DNA of 64,000 nt from NCBI GenBank assembly GCA_963693365.1, contig CAVNZM010000010.1, positions 3,966,159 through 4,030,158 of the forward strand, given 5' to 3'. A program made the translations under genes and the position numbers. Each line of letters begins with the position of its first letter. Positions within the stretch are counted from its first letter, which is position 1. A model generated the notes under the pieces. That model saw only the letters and a program-made list of their open reading frames with translations. It searched no databases and had not been told where the DNA came from. Shown piece by piece: positions 30,925-50,360 of this stretch. The stretch comes from Amoebidium appalachense (taxonomy: Eukaryota > Protista > Ichthyosporea).

Positions 30925-32106
30925 TTTTGTTCCAAGTTTGTTATCTTCTCTGTGCCTACGCATTTTACAAATGGTGTGTGCACGTGTTTGCGCACGCACA
31001 CACACACTCATTCACACTACCCCCCTCTCCCCACATTCTTACCACCACCACCAACCCACCCACTCACTCATACGCAGGCACACACACACACATACACACA
31101 CTTTCAATCACACTCGCACTTCCCTTCACCCCCCCCCCCCCCCCCCCCCCCACCCACCCACCCACCACCCAACCCACACCCACCTCCCCCCCCCTTCCCC
31201 CATCTTCCCCACCACCACCACCACCCACCCACCCACCCACTCATACACAGGCACACACACACACACAACTGACCTACATACAACAAATCACTCATTCTTT
31301 CTTCCAACCATCAACATTCCACCCCTTTCTCCTCCCTTCCGCATCTTTCCAGGACATATTCTCTCAGTATGGTCTCGTATACGATGTCCTTGTACCTTCA
31401 GACCCGAACTACGTGGCCCCAGCAGTTGACGGTACGTTGCCCTTAAAAATACGGTGGTTTTTTGCCCCTTCCCCCCCCCCCCCTCCCCCCTCCCCCCTCC
31501 CCCTCCCCCCACCCGCCCACCTCTCCCCCCATCCCCTCCCTCCCCCTAATCCTGTGAACTGGATATCCATCTTTGCTCCCTCTTGCCCCCCCCCCCCCCC
31601 CCCCTCCCCCCCCCCTTCCTCCTTCCCGCTACCCGCCGCCCACCCCTCTGCTCCTATTCGGTCACTCTCTTCCCCACCCCTACCCCCAACCCAACCCCAA
31701 AACCCAACCCCAAAACCCAACCCCAAAACCCAACCCCAAAACCCAACCCCAAAACCCAACCCCACAACTGACGTCGATTCCGAGTCACCCGTGCCATCTC
31801 CCGACTTCCTCTTGCTCGGTCGAAACCTCTCTTGCTCCCTCCCTCTTCTGTCTCTCTTATCCCCCCCCCCCTCCCCCCCCCTCCCCCCCCTCTGTCTCTC
31901 TTCTCTCCCTCCCTCCCCCCGTCCCCCGTCCCAGTGCCCTCTTTCCCCCCTCTCCCCGGAGCACCACCATCACCGCCCCCCACCACAACGAAAGACTCGC
32001 ATCCCTCCTTTAGATACACGCACACATACGTACGTACAAGCACGTTTGCCCGCACACATACAAACATACACATATGCATGTATCCTGGCGCACGTGTGTG
32101 GGCTTA

Positions 32107-32139
<33 letters not shown>

Positions 32140-32373
32140 ACACGGTATGCCTTCACATACACACACATGTCGGTCAGTCGATATTCCCTCTACCCTCCCT
32201 CATCTGTTTCCATACCCCTTCCCTCCCCCCCTCCTCCCCCCGTTCCCCCAAAACATATCTAGCTCCCTCATAGCCAATACAAACACACAGACGCACGCGC
32301 GCGCCTACACACATCCTGACAGAAACACACACGCGCGCACAGGTATTCCCCCTTTCCCCACGCACCCAACACA

Positions 32374-32417
<44 letters not shown>

Positions 32418-32834
32418 CACACACACACATCCCTCCCCCCCCCCTCTCCACACACACACACGCACACACACAAACAGACCCCACACAGGCCAGCACATTT
32501 GGGCCCAGTGGGTACGGTCTTGTGCGCTATTTCAGCACATACGATGCAAGGAAGGCAGTCAAATACCTCAACAACACAACAGTAAGGGGACTTCATATAT
32601 CGGTACACAACCTGTCCCTCCCCCCTTCCCCCCCTCCCCCGCGCCTCCCCCCGCCCCCACTCCGCCGTTTGCCCCCCACAGTAAAAACCTGCCTACCTTC
32701 CCCCCCCCCTCTCTGTCTCTCCTCTCCCCCCCCCCCCCCCCCCTCTCTCTCTCGGTTCTCTATTAACCGGGCTTAAGCACGGGGAAGAACCATGTGGAAT
32801 GGGTCTGCCAACTTACCGACCTCCCCCCCCCTCT

Positions 32835-32866
<32 letters not shown>

Positions 32867-34505
32867 TTCTCTCCCGTCTCCCCCCTCCCCTCCCTGGACA
32901 ACGTATCATAAGTGTGTGTGTGTGTGTGTGTGTGTGTTTTGGATTTTTCAGCTCTTGTTCATGTTAATCCCCCCCCCCCCCCCCCCCCCCCCCCTCCCCC
33001 CCCTCCCACCACCACCACCCCTCCCACCCCCCCCCACCCCACCCTTTCCCTATCTCACCCCACAACCACCACCACAAACAAACAAACAGCACCTAATCCC
33101 GTTACCACAGACATACCACGCACACGTCAGCACGCGAGCGAGCACACACAGGAAAGGCACACACGTACGCACACAGAACACACACACACACCTTTTCTGG
33201 TCTGTCCGCCATAAAGACAGCTGAGTGTGTGTGTTGGGGGAGAGGAAGGGGGGGGGGGGGGGTAAATCTTCTCTACCGATCTTACCGCCTTTTTTTTTCT
33301 TTCAATTGCGTCTCTGGCTTATGGTGTGCCCTGTGATACAATCGTCTGTTAGGTTTGGGCAAATATGCATGTTTGTGATATGATTATCTCAAACGCTAGC
33401 TGTTCAATTTCGGCATATCCAACTGGTTCGGGTCATTCGCAGTGTCGGATTTTTATCCTTTGCTTTCTCTTTTATCCATGATAAGGCTTTTTAATATAGT
33501 AGATTCGTATGTTTCTGATATCCCAAACATTATCTGTGCAATTTCGGTATATCTAATTGGTTCGGGTCTTTTGCAGTGTCGGCTTGCTTATCCTTTGCTT
33601 TTTCTTTTATAGGCGATAAGGTTTTTAGCAGATTCGCATGTTTGTGATATCCCATACATTATCTGTGCAATTTCGGTATATCTAACTGGTTCGGGTCTTT
33701 TGCAGTGTCGGCTTGCCACCAAGCAAAGGGTTCTGCAGCCGTACCCCCTACACCCCTCCAAGTGCTTCCAGCTAGCCAATCACTTCCTTGGTTTTGACGC
33801 TTGGTCCATCTCCATTCTTGAGGTTTATCCCAATACTATCCCGTAATTTACTGACCACAGCGCCCGAAAAAACCTATCTTCATTGTGGGAGCGACCCACA
33901 AGTTAGGCACATGAGAGATGATTATCAAACGTGTGTGTGCATATCGGTATTTATTCAAATATCAGGCAGCGAGGCATAGTTTTATCTTGTGATTGCAGCC
34001 CACCGTTTCGAGGTTTATGTCCGCATGGATAAGTGAATGGTGTCTGCCAAAACCACGCAATACAAAGCCATCCACTATCCACACCCCATTTTTAAGGCCC
34101 TATCCACAATATCAATGACCCTCAACCCCCCCCCCCCCCCCCCCCCCCCCCCTTCCCCACCCCATCCTCACCCCATCCCAACCCAACCCAACCCACCCAG
34201 TCCCCCTCTTTTACCCCCTTCCCTCCCCTCCCCCCCCCCCCCCCCCCCTCCCTCCCCTCCTCCTCTCAACACTTGCTCTTTCCTCTCCATCTCTCCCTTC
34301 ATCACATGCTCCCCCCCACCCCCGCACACACACACCTCCCCCTTTGAGCTGCGCGCACACACACCCAGCAGCAAGTGGAAGCACTCGTACTCAACCTTCT
34401 CCCCTCCCCTCTCCTTCTCCCCCCTCCCTCCTTCCCCACATCTGCCTCCCCCCCCCCCCCCCCCCCCCATCACCACCACTGCCACCACCACCACCACCAC
34501 CCCTG

Positions 34506-34576
<71 letters not shown>

Positions 34577-34945
34577 CACACACACACACACATGCACATA
34601 CACACATGCACGCACACGCGCACACCTCCCCCCCTATTCAGTTGCACACACACACCCCCAGCAGCAAGGGGGAGCACTCCTACTTCTGCAAAGTGCAGTT
34701 GTGCTTCCCCAACCATGGTGGTGCTACGGTGGTTGGCTGTGCTGTGGGGTCAAGTGGGGGCCAACCACCCAAAGACAAAATACCTAAGCAGAAGAAAGGT
34801 GAACACTCCATTTCTCCCCCCCCCCCCCCCCCCCTCCCTCTCTCTCTCCCCTCCCCCCCTTCCTCCCTTTCTCCATCCCTCCCTCCCACACACACACTCT
34901 CTCTCCCTCTCTCTCCCCCTCCCTCCCTCCCTCCCTCCCTCTTTC

Positions 34946-34981
<36 letters not shown>

Positions 34982-35243
34982 CCCCCCCCCCCCCCCCCCC
35001 CCCCCCCCGGGTGTCTGCCAATCATGCATACTCTTTGTGTGGTTTGCACTCTGCATGTTGTCAGTTATGAATCTGTACTTTGTACTCTATAATATATTCC
35101 AATCCTCCCCTTTCCCCTCCCCCCCCCCTACACACACACACACACACACACACACATGCGCACAGGTAGACATATGCACACACGACGGGTGGTGCCTTTC
35201 CTCTCCAAATGTCACCGTGTACACAAATCTCCCTTTGTAGTTA

Positions 35244-35305
<62 letters not shown>

Positions 35306-35471
35306 ACGGTGCAATACCTATTCCTGTCCTGTATTTTCCTGCAGTCTCTGTGCTGGGTTTATTTCCAAGCCACTGCCATAAACAATGCCATGCGACCATT
35401 GTTGCATTCAAGGTGATCACTTATACTCCGAAAGCACTTGCGAAACATGACTATAGAACACACGCACACGC

Positions 35472-35509
<38 letters not shown>

Positions 35510-35589
35510 ATCACCCCTTCTGACTGGGCTCATTCACAAACAGCACGGGAAGTGTGTCCATTATCACACACCAGATTGAGACGTACACA

Positions 35590-35665
<76 letters not shown>

Positions 35666-35863
35666 GGACCCCGTCCCTCACTCGCCATTCTGAGTGCCGG
35701 CAACCACATGCGCGATGCCAAACGGTTCGCCACCTCCTACGCTCAGAGAGACGCCTTTTCAAAAGTCGCCATTGTGCGTGCATCGGACGGTACCCCCCCC
35801 CCCCCCCCCCCCCCCCCCCTTCCCCCCCTCTCCCCCCACCCCACACACACACACGCACACGTA

Positions 35864-35940
<77 letters not shown>

Positions 35941-36186
35941 TTTGTACGTTTCCGGTTTTGATATTGAGGCCCGACCATGTGTGTTCTTTTAGGGCCCGTC
36001 TTAGACAAGAGAGAGAGAAATGGTAATGAGAGAGGGGATTCAATAATATGGTTTGGGAGAATGGAGAGGGTATTTTGGGGTGGGGGGAGGTGAGGAGGCG
36101 GGGGGGGGGGGGGGGGGGGGGGCAGGCAGATGTACGTGGGACGGGAGGGAGAGTGAACAAGATGTAATAGGATAGGAATGTGTCAG

Positions 36187-36246
<60 letters not shown>

Positions 36247-37350
36247 TCGTGTGCGTTCGTGTGCGTGTGCGTGTGTATGTGCGCAACTTTGTTGTTGTGT
36301 TCCAGGACCTGTGTGTGTACACATTCCCACATGTGTGCCTGTGTACGTGCGGGTGTGTGTGCGTGTGCACTTATGCATTCTTTGTGTGCGTGTGCACTTA
36401 TGCATTCTTTGTGTGCGTGTGCACTTATGCATTCTTTGTGTGCGTGTGCACTTATGCATTCTTTGTGTGCGTGTGCACTTATGCATTCTTTGTGTGCGTG
36501 TGCACTTATGCATTCTTTGTGTGCGTGTGCACTTATGCATTCTTTGTGTGCGTGTGCACTTATGCATTCTTTGTGTGCGTGTGCACTTATGCATTCTTTG
36601 TGTGCGTGTGCACTTATGCATTCTTTGTGTGCGTGTGCACTTATGCATTCTTTGTGTGCGTGTGCACTTATGCATTCTTTGTGTGCGTGTGCACTTATGC
36701 ATTCTTTGTGTGCGTGTGCACTTATGCATTCTTTGTGTGCGTGTGCGTGTGTGCATGTGTTGTGTGTGGTGGTGGTTGTGATGGTGGCGGTTGTGGTTGT
36801 GGTTGTGGAACGGGACGGCGGGAAAAAGGAGGGGTACCCTGTTTGCCATGTATCAAATAAACGAACTAAGCGCAAAACAACCGTTTATAGGTCACCACCC
36901 AACAACAATAAACCTTGGTGTTGTGTTTTTAAAGGGGTGTCTTTCAGGCCAAATTATGGTCCCCGTTTTTCGGTCCTCGGGTCGGGCCAAATGCTGTTTG
37001 ATGTGCACCAAGCCAATCATAGCGCGCGTATCCCATTCGGGTCCGACCCGAACCGGATACCTAAAAGAAACCCCCTTTTACCCAATACAGGCCGGGTGGA
37101 GGTGTTTGTTCGTGAAGGGCAGGAGGAGCTGGTAGATGACAATGCAGATCCGGACGTTTTGATTGGCTACAGCAAATACCCGGTACCCGTATCAAAGACA
37201 GAGGTGTGTGCATGTGAAAGGGGGGGGGGGGGGGGGGGGGGGTGGGAGGGGGGTGGTATAGCCTGAATGTAGCACATTACTGCGTAGGGAGAAAGAGGGA
37301 GTCTAGCCCCCTCACCGTTTTTTCCCTGCACTCTTCTCACACACTACCAC

Positions 37351-37421
<71 letters not shown>

Positions 37422-37604
37422 TTTTTTTTGGTTACACTGCAGTGGCTCCCCAAGTCGCCATCGCACAAAACTTACTTCGGCAGATATGAAGACGAAGAAA
37501 AGGGGGAAGGAGAGGCAGAGGAAGGAGAGGGAGAGGGAGAGGGAGGGGGAGAGGTGGAGATGGGAGGAGGTGGGGACGAGTGGATGCCATTGACACAAAG
37601 CTGA
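29297..37604 (+). CDS. RDM1: RAD52 motif-containing protein 1 (RRM plus RAD52-like domain). Exons 29297-29305 (tentative), 30023-30175, 31353-31431, 32478-32602, 33706-33822, 34642-34798, 35667-35789, 37091-37203, 37443-37604
   Basis: [82 protein letters not shown] parallel recalled RDM1 blocks (AFSQFGLLYSV, FYAVIKFYSARAA, LNSSKCQELANYYFGFNG, FFCALEVVLP, ALSDAFQKLLIVVLESGKIAV). Exon phases are consistent. Confidence 0.88.
31690..31767. repeat. 13-bp tandem repeat (cccaaccccaaaa)n
   Basis: About 5-6 copies seen directly. Confidence 0.9.
36358..36746. repeat. 27-bp minisatellite, about 14 perfect copies
   Basis: Unit gcgtgtgcacttatgcattctttgtgt, in an RDM1 intron. Confidence 0.95.
36929..37080. 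mobile_element. MITE (Tourist/PIF-like ends), copy 2
   Basis: Inverted ends ttaaaggggtgtcttt / aaagaaaccccctttta. The interior is homologous to 3382-3522. Confidence 0.6.
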
Positions 37605-37802
37605 GACGTCGTTGCTAGTGGGCTAAGAGAGGTTTTTCTTTAGCATCGTGTGCTATTTTCGCTTTGCGGGATGTGCTTGGTAGATGGTGACGTGGCCATG
37701 GTGTTTGGTGTTTCCCTAAATGCACGTTTTGACGGATAAAAGGGTTATAGAAATCGAGTGTACATGTGAAAAATGGTGATTTGCCTGAGCTCTCCTTGGT
37801 CG

Positions 37803-38030
37803 CATATGAAGGTCGAAGGTGATCAGGAGAATTAGTCCATATTTTCTATTATATATGAGAGTCGAATGTGGAAATGCTGAATTCTACATGTGTCACTCTT
37901 TTTTTGGAATATGAAAGTCGAATGTGATCAGGAAAATTTATTCAAATTCTCATATTCAATATGAAAGTCGAACTCGGAAATGCTGAATACAGTTAAGAGT
38001 TTTTGTTGGAATATGAAAGTCGAACGTGAA
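37803..38030. repeat. Degenerate ~50-bp tandem repeats with core atatgaaagtcgaa (5 copies)
   Basis: The core recurs at about 37803, 37853, 37909, 37959 and 38011. Confidence 0.75.
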
Positions 38031-38197
38031 AATTGTGGACTAGTACTACAGTTCTCCCTTTGTCGAACAAAGTAAGTAACTGATTATAATATTGTAAACT
38101 AATAAAATAACCGTTCTCTCCAATTGCAAGTTGTTTGAGTATCTATATATGAGTTGAATGTGAAAGCTGAAATGAAAGATGATGAATTCCTCATGCA

Positions 38198-38230
<33 letters not shown>

Positions 38231-39027
38231 TCCCCCTTTCTCTGTCCCACCCACACACACCCGATGGACAGTGTCCGAACAGCCATAAATAGTGTGTAAA
38301 CCCGGCCCCCCTTCATGTATACGTAGACCACCACCGGGACCGGTACATCTCCATAGCTGAGATGGTACGTTTTTTATCTGGCTTTTACAATTGTGTTCCC
38401 GGTTTATGTCGAGCTCCCAGCTTTTATATCATATTCACACCTTTTGCCGCCTCACTCCTCCTGCCTGGGTTTGTTTGCATCATTGTTGCTTGCATGTGGC
38501 GCTTGTGTTCTGTTTCAATTCATAATATATGTTGCACCCCACCACCACCAACACAAAACGAAAATCACTTTCATACTGCAATGCATACGTGATCACGCCC
38601 TGATTAAAAAAGGCCTTCGAATTCAAACCAGCTTTTGGATCCGGACGCGTGTCGATCGCGACAAGCTTAAGACTCGGTCCATATTAAAGCCACCATAGCC
38701 ACATAATATGCATGTGCGCATGCACGTGGCATGCAGCTGCAGCTTATCATGATATTCTGTTAAATTAGTTACAAGCAATGTGTGAAAAATTCCATACGCC
38801 GCGGTAAATCTCAGACGTACGCGTGGTTACTGCTGCACTGCTTGTACATATGTAGATAACCAATTGCCTACGCCTTCAAAAATTCAATTGACATTCAATT
38901 TGATCATGACCGTCTTTTTTTCCCCGCCTTTTTATTTTGTCTAAAAATTATTTGTAGTGGCGGTTACAGTTTTTTGTGCCGCGGGGTGGTGGTGGTGGTA
39001 GTGTGAGTGTGTGTTGTGTGTGTGTGT

Positions 39028-39088
<61 letters not shown>

Positions 39089-39090
39089 GG

Positions 39091-39210
39091 GGTTTAAGAA
39101 ATGCGCCCCAGGAGTACGAAGCACACATTCACAGCTGCAGCGGACAAGTTGAACACAATGCAGAGTGTAAACCATACATAAAAAGTAAGCATGTTATGCA
39201 AAGCCCATTC

Positions 39211-39245
<35 letters not shown>

Positions 39246-39307
39246 GCCATCCATAGTACCCCTAGTTTCGACTGGGTCATTCACCTAATCAACAAAACTC
39301 AACTCAG
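39091..39307 (-). mobile_element. Diverged subfamily A copy with its internal G-run expanded
   Basis: gtacgaagcacac...ccatacataaa..gtaagcat...gcccattcc(G~31)...tagtttcgac...cattcacct...aactcag. Confidence 0.65.
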
Positions 39308-39988
39308 GGGGGCTCAAGAAGGGGAGGAGGGGAGGAGGAGGAGGGGGGGGGGGGTTGGAGGAAATTTTCACATATGCATAGCATTTTGATTGATATCCAC
39401 AATCAACACTGGTGCTTTGTGCACTTCACCCACCCACAAGGTGAGACTTACAATCGGCATAACTTCATATAAAAAGATAACAAATACCTGTAATCAAATA
39501 CTACAATCGCAAACACGAAACAGCAAAAGGCAAAAGCGAGGGGAAAAGAAAAAAAAAAAGAAAAAAAAAAGAGAAAAAAGAAAAAAGAAAAAAGAAAGGA
39601 AAGGAAAGAAAAAAACAAAAACTAAACAAAACTTGATGAATCAAACCTAACCCGGCTCCACACCGTTGCCTTGCTCGTCAACCACCCGACCTCTCTATCC
39701 CACGCATGCATGGGAGCGTTTTGTGCAAAAAAAAAAGGTCGTCGCATTCTCTATTGAAACTTAATCTACCCATTGCGTGCTCTCAAAACGAGTGCGCGTG
39801 CATAAGCATAAGTACCTGAAAGCAAGAAATTGCCCGTGTGCACACGTTCTAAGTGCAAGAAAAACCAAGAGCACATTCACGAGAATAAATGCATTTGCCG
39901 TGTGAAATTGTACAAGTGTGCATGCAAGGCCTGGCTGCATGTATGCATGTAACCACAAGAGACAACGGTTGCGTGTGCCCGTACGTGC

Positions 39989-40031
<43 letters not shown>

Positions 40032-40118
40032 CCTCTGTGTGTTTGCACTCATGTATGAGTGTTTGTTCTGCTTTCAATCAATGTTTAGTAACCTCAGCTC
40101 TCAGCTTTGACCCCATGT

Positions 40119-46140
<6,022 letters not shown>

Positions 46141-47442
46141 GTTTGCAGTGTACATGTACGCTTTCTCCGTGCCAGTAATAATCCGAATACAAGATGCTGG
46201 TCTGGGTTAACCTAGCAGAGCGTGAGAAAAGAGAACCCTTGTTATCCCTATTCTCTCCCTCTCCCTCTCCTTCGAAAGAAACTAGCCTAGCCCCTTCTAT
46301 ACACCCGGTCGCTCGCTTGCTCCCCTTGTTGAATCCGTTTACGTCGGGAAAAAAAAACCCTCCAGTTCAGCCCCTTGGATGTTGTTGCAAGGTATACTCT
46401 CGTTACACGGTGGCCAGAACCACGTTGGTGTAACCGACCGAAATATGGCGAAAGATGGATGTCTACACTAGAACCGTAGGACTTGAAACGAGACTGCTTT
46501 TGCTACCACGTGAATTAGAGCTGAAAAAAAAGACCAAAACTCTGTGTAAACTGATGCCTGTGTAACTAAAAAAGAGAAGGGGACATAAAACATGAAGAGG
46601 GCACGGAGGCACACCGAAGTCTTGTCGCGCGCGCGCGTGGCCCCTACGTAAAGTGCAAACAGCTGAACAAGCCATGCCGATGGTCAGTAATACGGCCCCA
46701 GCCATGCCTCAAGATTTTTTATTGGGGCTTTATAAATGATACTTCAAAAGCCGTTATAAGCCCCATTTAGTTAGCAAATTGGCAGGCTGAATTTCAGAAT
46801 TCCCACAATCAAACTGTAAAAACTAAAAATATAATTTGAGGAGGGTAAATCTGGGAGAGGTTACAAAGTCTACGCGTGCCAGAGTTGCATTCGTTCGCAG
46901 GCGCCTCTGGCGTCATTAGGGCGGGTGCGCTAAGTGTACGCAAGAGGGACTCTGTGCGTTAGACAGCAGGCGCATGGGGCACACCGGCGTCAGTTCATTA
47001 ATGCACAAACATCTGTCTTTTTTGACGCCCATTCTTATCTTTTCCCGTTTATGTTCATAGGTTTCCACAGTTCTGTATAGATCCTGATGCTTTTGAAAAG
47101 GTTCCAACCGCTGTTACTCTGTTTTCGGCGAATGTTTTCCGGGGTCCGCCCTCCCCGGGCTGTCCTGAATGCACACGGCTACAAGTGCTCGGGCCTCCGC
47201 TTCATGATCATATCCAAGGGGATGCTGACAGACCGGATAATCTTTTGGCCTTCTAATTGGGAACGGCCCAAGAAGGCTTCAAGGTACACCATCACTATCT
47301 CCTTGATTTGTGGTTATGCCTGCGTGTGCTTGTGTATATGTTTTGGGGTGAAGGATATACCATCACCTTGTTTTGTGGTGGTGTTTGAGTGTGTTGTGTG
47401 TGTGTGTATAACTTAGTATGTTTTGCGGAGAAAGAGAGAGAG

Positions 47443-47474
<32 letters not shown>

Positions 47475-47676
47475 TAGTACGTAGAGGGCTGGGGGGATAA
47501 TCGCGGTGCGCACGCACCAGGTACAACAAAAAAATAGCTCACACATGTGGACATGGGAATGTCAATTAGTACACCAGCAGAACACATCGCGGCTTGCTTG
47601 TTTGCGCATGTGCATATAAATTTTTTGCTTGTACGTTGTATGTAAAGGGGGGGGGGAGGGGGAAGAGGGGAAGCAA

Positions 47677-47713
<37 letters not shown>

Positions 47714-48228
47714 GGTGAGCAAAGGGGTTGGTGTTTCCTGAACAACATTCACGCAGACAGCTTTTGGTGGGACAAGTCCAGAATCTCGTTTCAATGGGAA
47801 AATGTTCATTCTGTTTCATAAGTAGTGGTCAAATTGAATACATTCGCCACACCCCATTCACCCTGCTGTGTTACTGCCCTTCTAGAACGGGCAAACAGCA
47901 ACTAAATATCTTGCGCCTGCCACCCTTTACGAAGCTTTACATGGTGGTGCTTAAATAACTAAAGAAACAGAAAAAATAATATGAGAAGACCGTAAGAACG
48001 AGTGAATGAAATGACATCAAAGCCGCTCCAGAAAATACAACGAACCCCATTACCGAAACTCCAAACATTACACAACTCGCGTACAGAAAACCGCCCCCAC
48101 CCAATACAACATTTCAACAAAGTTTAACAATGCGCACATGGCCATCTTCGCGAAATATCCACCCATTAACCCCTTCTCGCGCCATAGTTGGCAGGCACCC
48201 TCGCGGCCCAAATCCATCTATTAACTCT

Positions 48229-49472
48229 TTAAGCGCCGGGGTTAGCACCCTTGTGCACAGTGCCAAGAGCCTCCGCCCTCGGTTTGGGAACCGCGGTGGC
48301 GTGAGCGAGGTTCATAGCAGAGGCGTCAATCAGTGGCTTCTCGCCGGTTCCCTTCTGAATCACACCCAGACCCTCAGACTTTCTGCGGGGGGCAGCCATG
48401 GCGGTCTGAAGGCTTACAGCGTCGGTCACCTGGGTAGCCTTGGGCTTAGGCACCTAAAATAGACAAAAAAAGTTCGTGTGAGTAATGGTTTGAAGGCCCA
48501 CACAGAAAGTATGCACCGTACATGGCTTCTCATGACTTCTTGATGGGGAATTATTCCCCATACAGTAAAGGTTGTTGATTAGTAATGGCAAGGGTGCAAG
48601 GCAAGGAGAAGGGATGGACTGTTCTGGGAGTTGAAGGGGGGCCGGGGGGGGGGGGGGGGGGGGGGGGGGTGGGGGGGGGGGGGGGGGAGGGGGAGGGGGG
48701 GGGGGGGGGGGGAAGGGGGGGAAGAGAAATTTTCCGGTTCTGCAAGAGTTCATACTGTGCAGTGTCGAAGAGTTAGAGCGTATATGCTCAAGCAGATTCA
48801 TGCGAGGCTATGGGTTGTGATGGATACGTTCATTCATCTGGAGAAAAGGGGCCCCAAAAATCCCTCGGGGGGAGATGAAGGGGGGGGGGGGGGGGGGGGG
48901 GGGATACTACGTTCGAGAGATTACGAAGGGGATATGGGCTCTTGGCGGACGGACATACAGGCGGTGTGTGTGTGCGTGTGTATGTGTGTGTGTGTCCGTG
49001 TGCATGCGTGTGTGTGTGTTTGTGGGGGAGGGGGGGGGGGGGGGGGGGGGGGGGGCAGAGAGAAAATAACCGGTACAGAGACCTACAGTGACATCCACTT
49101 TTGACACAATCGCAGTAATATCAAACAACAATACCGAGTCCCCCCCACAGGTGCACAGCCAGGGACAATTAGGTGGGCAACAAGAGTGGCAGGTGATGGG
49201 TTATATGAGATTGTGCGCTTAACTCCTGCAGCAGGCGGCAAAATGCTTCAGTCGCTGTAAGCAGCGTGTGTGTGTGCGTGTGGTGTGTGTGTGTGTGTGT
49301 GTCTGTGCGTGTGCATGTTGATTTCCCGAAAGGGTAACAGGTGAAAGGAAGGGGGAAGGCCGGAAGGCGCACGGGCCAGAGGGGAAGGAGGGGGGTGGGT
49401 GGGTGGGTGGGTGGGGGGGGGGGGGGGGGGGAGGGAAGAGGTGGGGAATCCGGGGGAAGATGGAATGAATGT

Positions 49473-49503
<31 letters not shown>

Positions 49504-50360
49504 GGGGTTGTATTCGGAAGCATACATGCTTATTGCAGTAGACCTGCCCCTCAAAAGCTTGGAAGGTCTGCAGGGTAAGACTGATGTTGCAAGTGGGCTC
49601 GTTGCACCTGAAGCACATCTTGTGGAACACCCCACCAGCAGCATCCACCTTCTCCGTCTGGTACACTGGGTGGTTAAAGGGGGCATGAGCCATGTTTGCT
49701 ATCATCAATTAGGGAAGATTATGATTGCCACATACAAAAAAAAGAGATCTGGAAATTAGCAAGATCTCGTTTTTTGGTGATCTGGTGATCTCATCCTTGG
49801 GCAAAATCGGTGCAACTAGTATTCATGTGTTACTTCCAGTTTCCGAAAGTCACGTTACGGAAGATGGACAAAAAACGAGATCTGGAAATTAGCAAGATCT
49901 CGTTTTTTGGTGACCTGGTGATCTCATCCATGGGCACAATCGGTGCAATCAGTATTCATGTGTTACTTCCAGTTTCCGAAAGTCACGTCACGGAAGATGG
50001 AAACATCATATGCAGTCTGACCCTTCTTGAAGCAATGACCACACAAAAGGAAGAACTCTGCCAAACGCATAGGGGGTGTGAGAGGAAAGGGCTAGGTTGC
50101 AGGGGAGCAGGGAAGAAGGCAGCATTGCTGAGTTGGTTGGGTTTGAGAAACGTGGATGGTTTGGTGAGGTGGTGCCACTGATAGTGAGACGTGGAGGAAT
50201 TGAAGGGAGGTGAAAGGAGTGTAAAAGGTGTAAGGGTTATGGGGTTGGGGTTGGGGTGAGGGTAATGAGGATCATCGGGGCCATGAATATGATGTTTTGC
50301 ATTGTCCTGAAGCATGCACTTACCGGTCTTGGTGCACTTGACACACTTTCCGCACGACAT
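48229..50360 (-). CDS. Single LIM-domain protein (LASP/LimE-like), 133 aa. Exons 50324-50360, 49526-49665, 48229-48453
   Basis: MSCGKCVKCTKTVYQTEKVDAAGGVFHKMCFRCNEPTCNISLTLQTFQAFEGQVYCNKHVPKPK carries the full LIM Cys/His pattern, followed by two short internal repeats (AP/VP-x-EGLG/EALG-xxxKG). Confidence 0.9.
49735..50001. repeat. Tandem duplication of about 133 bp in LIM gene intron 1
   Basis: gagatctggaaattagcaagatctcg...gtcacgt.acggaagatgga occurs twice. Confidence 0.9.

Noticed and set aside
31690-31767. Interstitial telomeric repeat
   Set aside because: The 13-bp unit does not match a telomere repeat I can support; treated as a minisatellite.
38610-38672. Cluster of palindromic 6-mers (gaattc, ggatcc, acgcgt, tcgcga, aagctt) resembling a polylinker
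   Set aside because: No other vector features and the flanks are continuous genomic sequence; probably chance.
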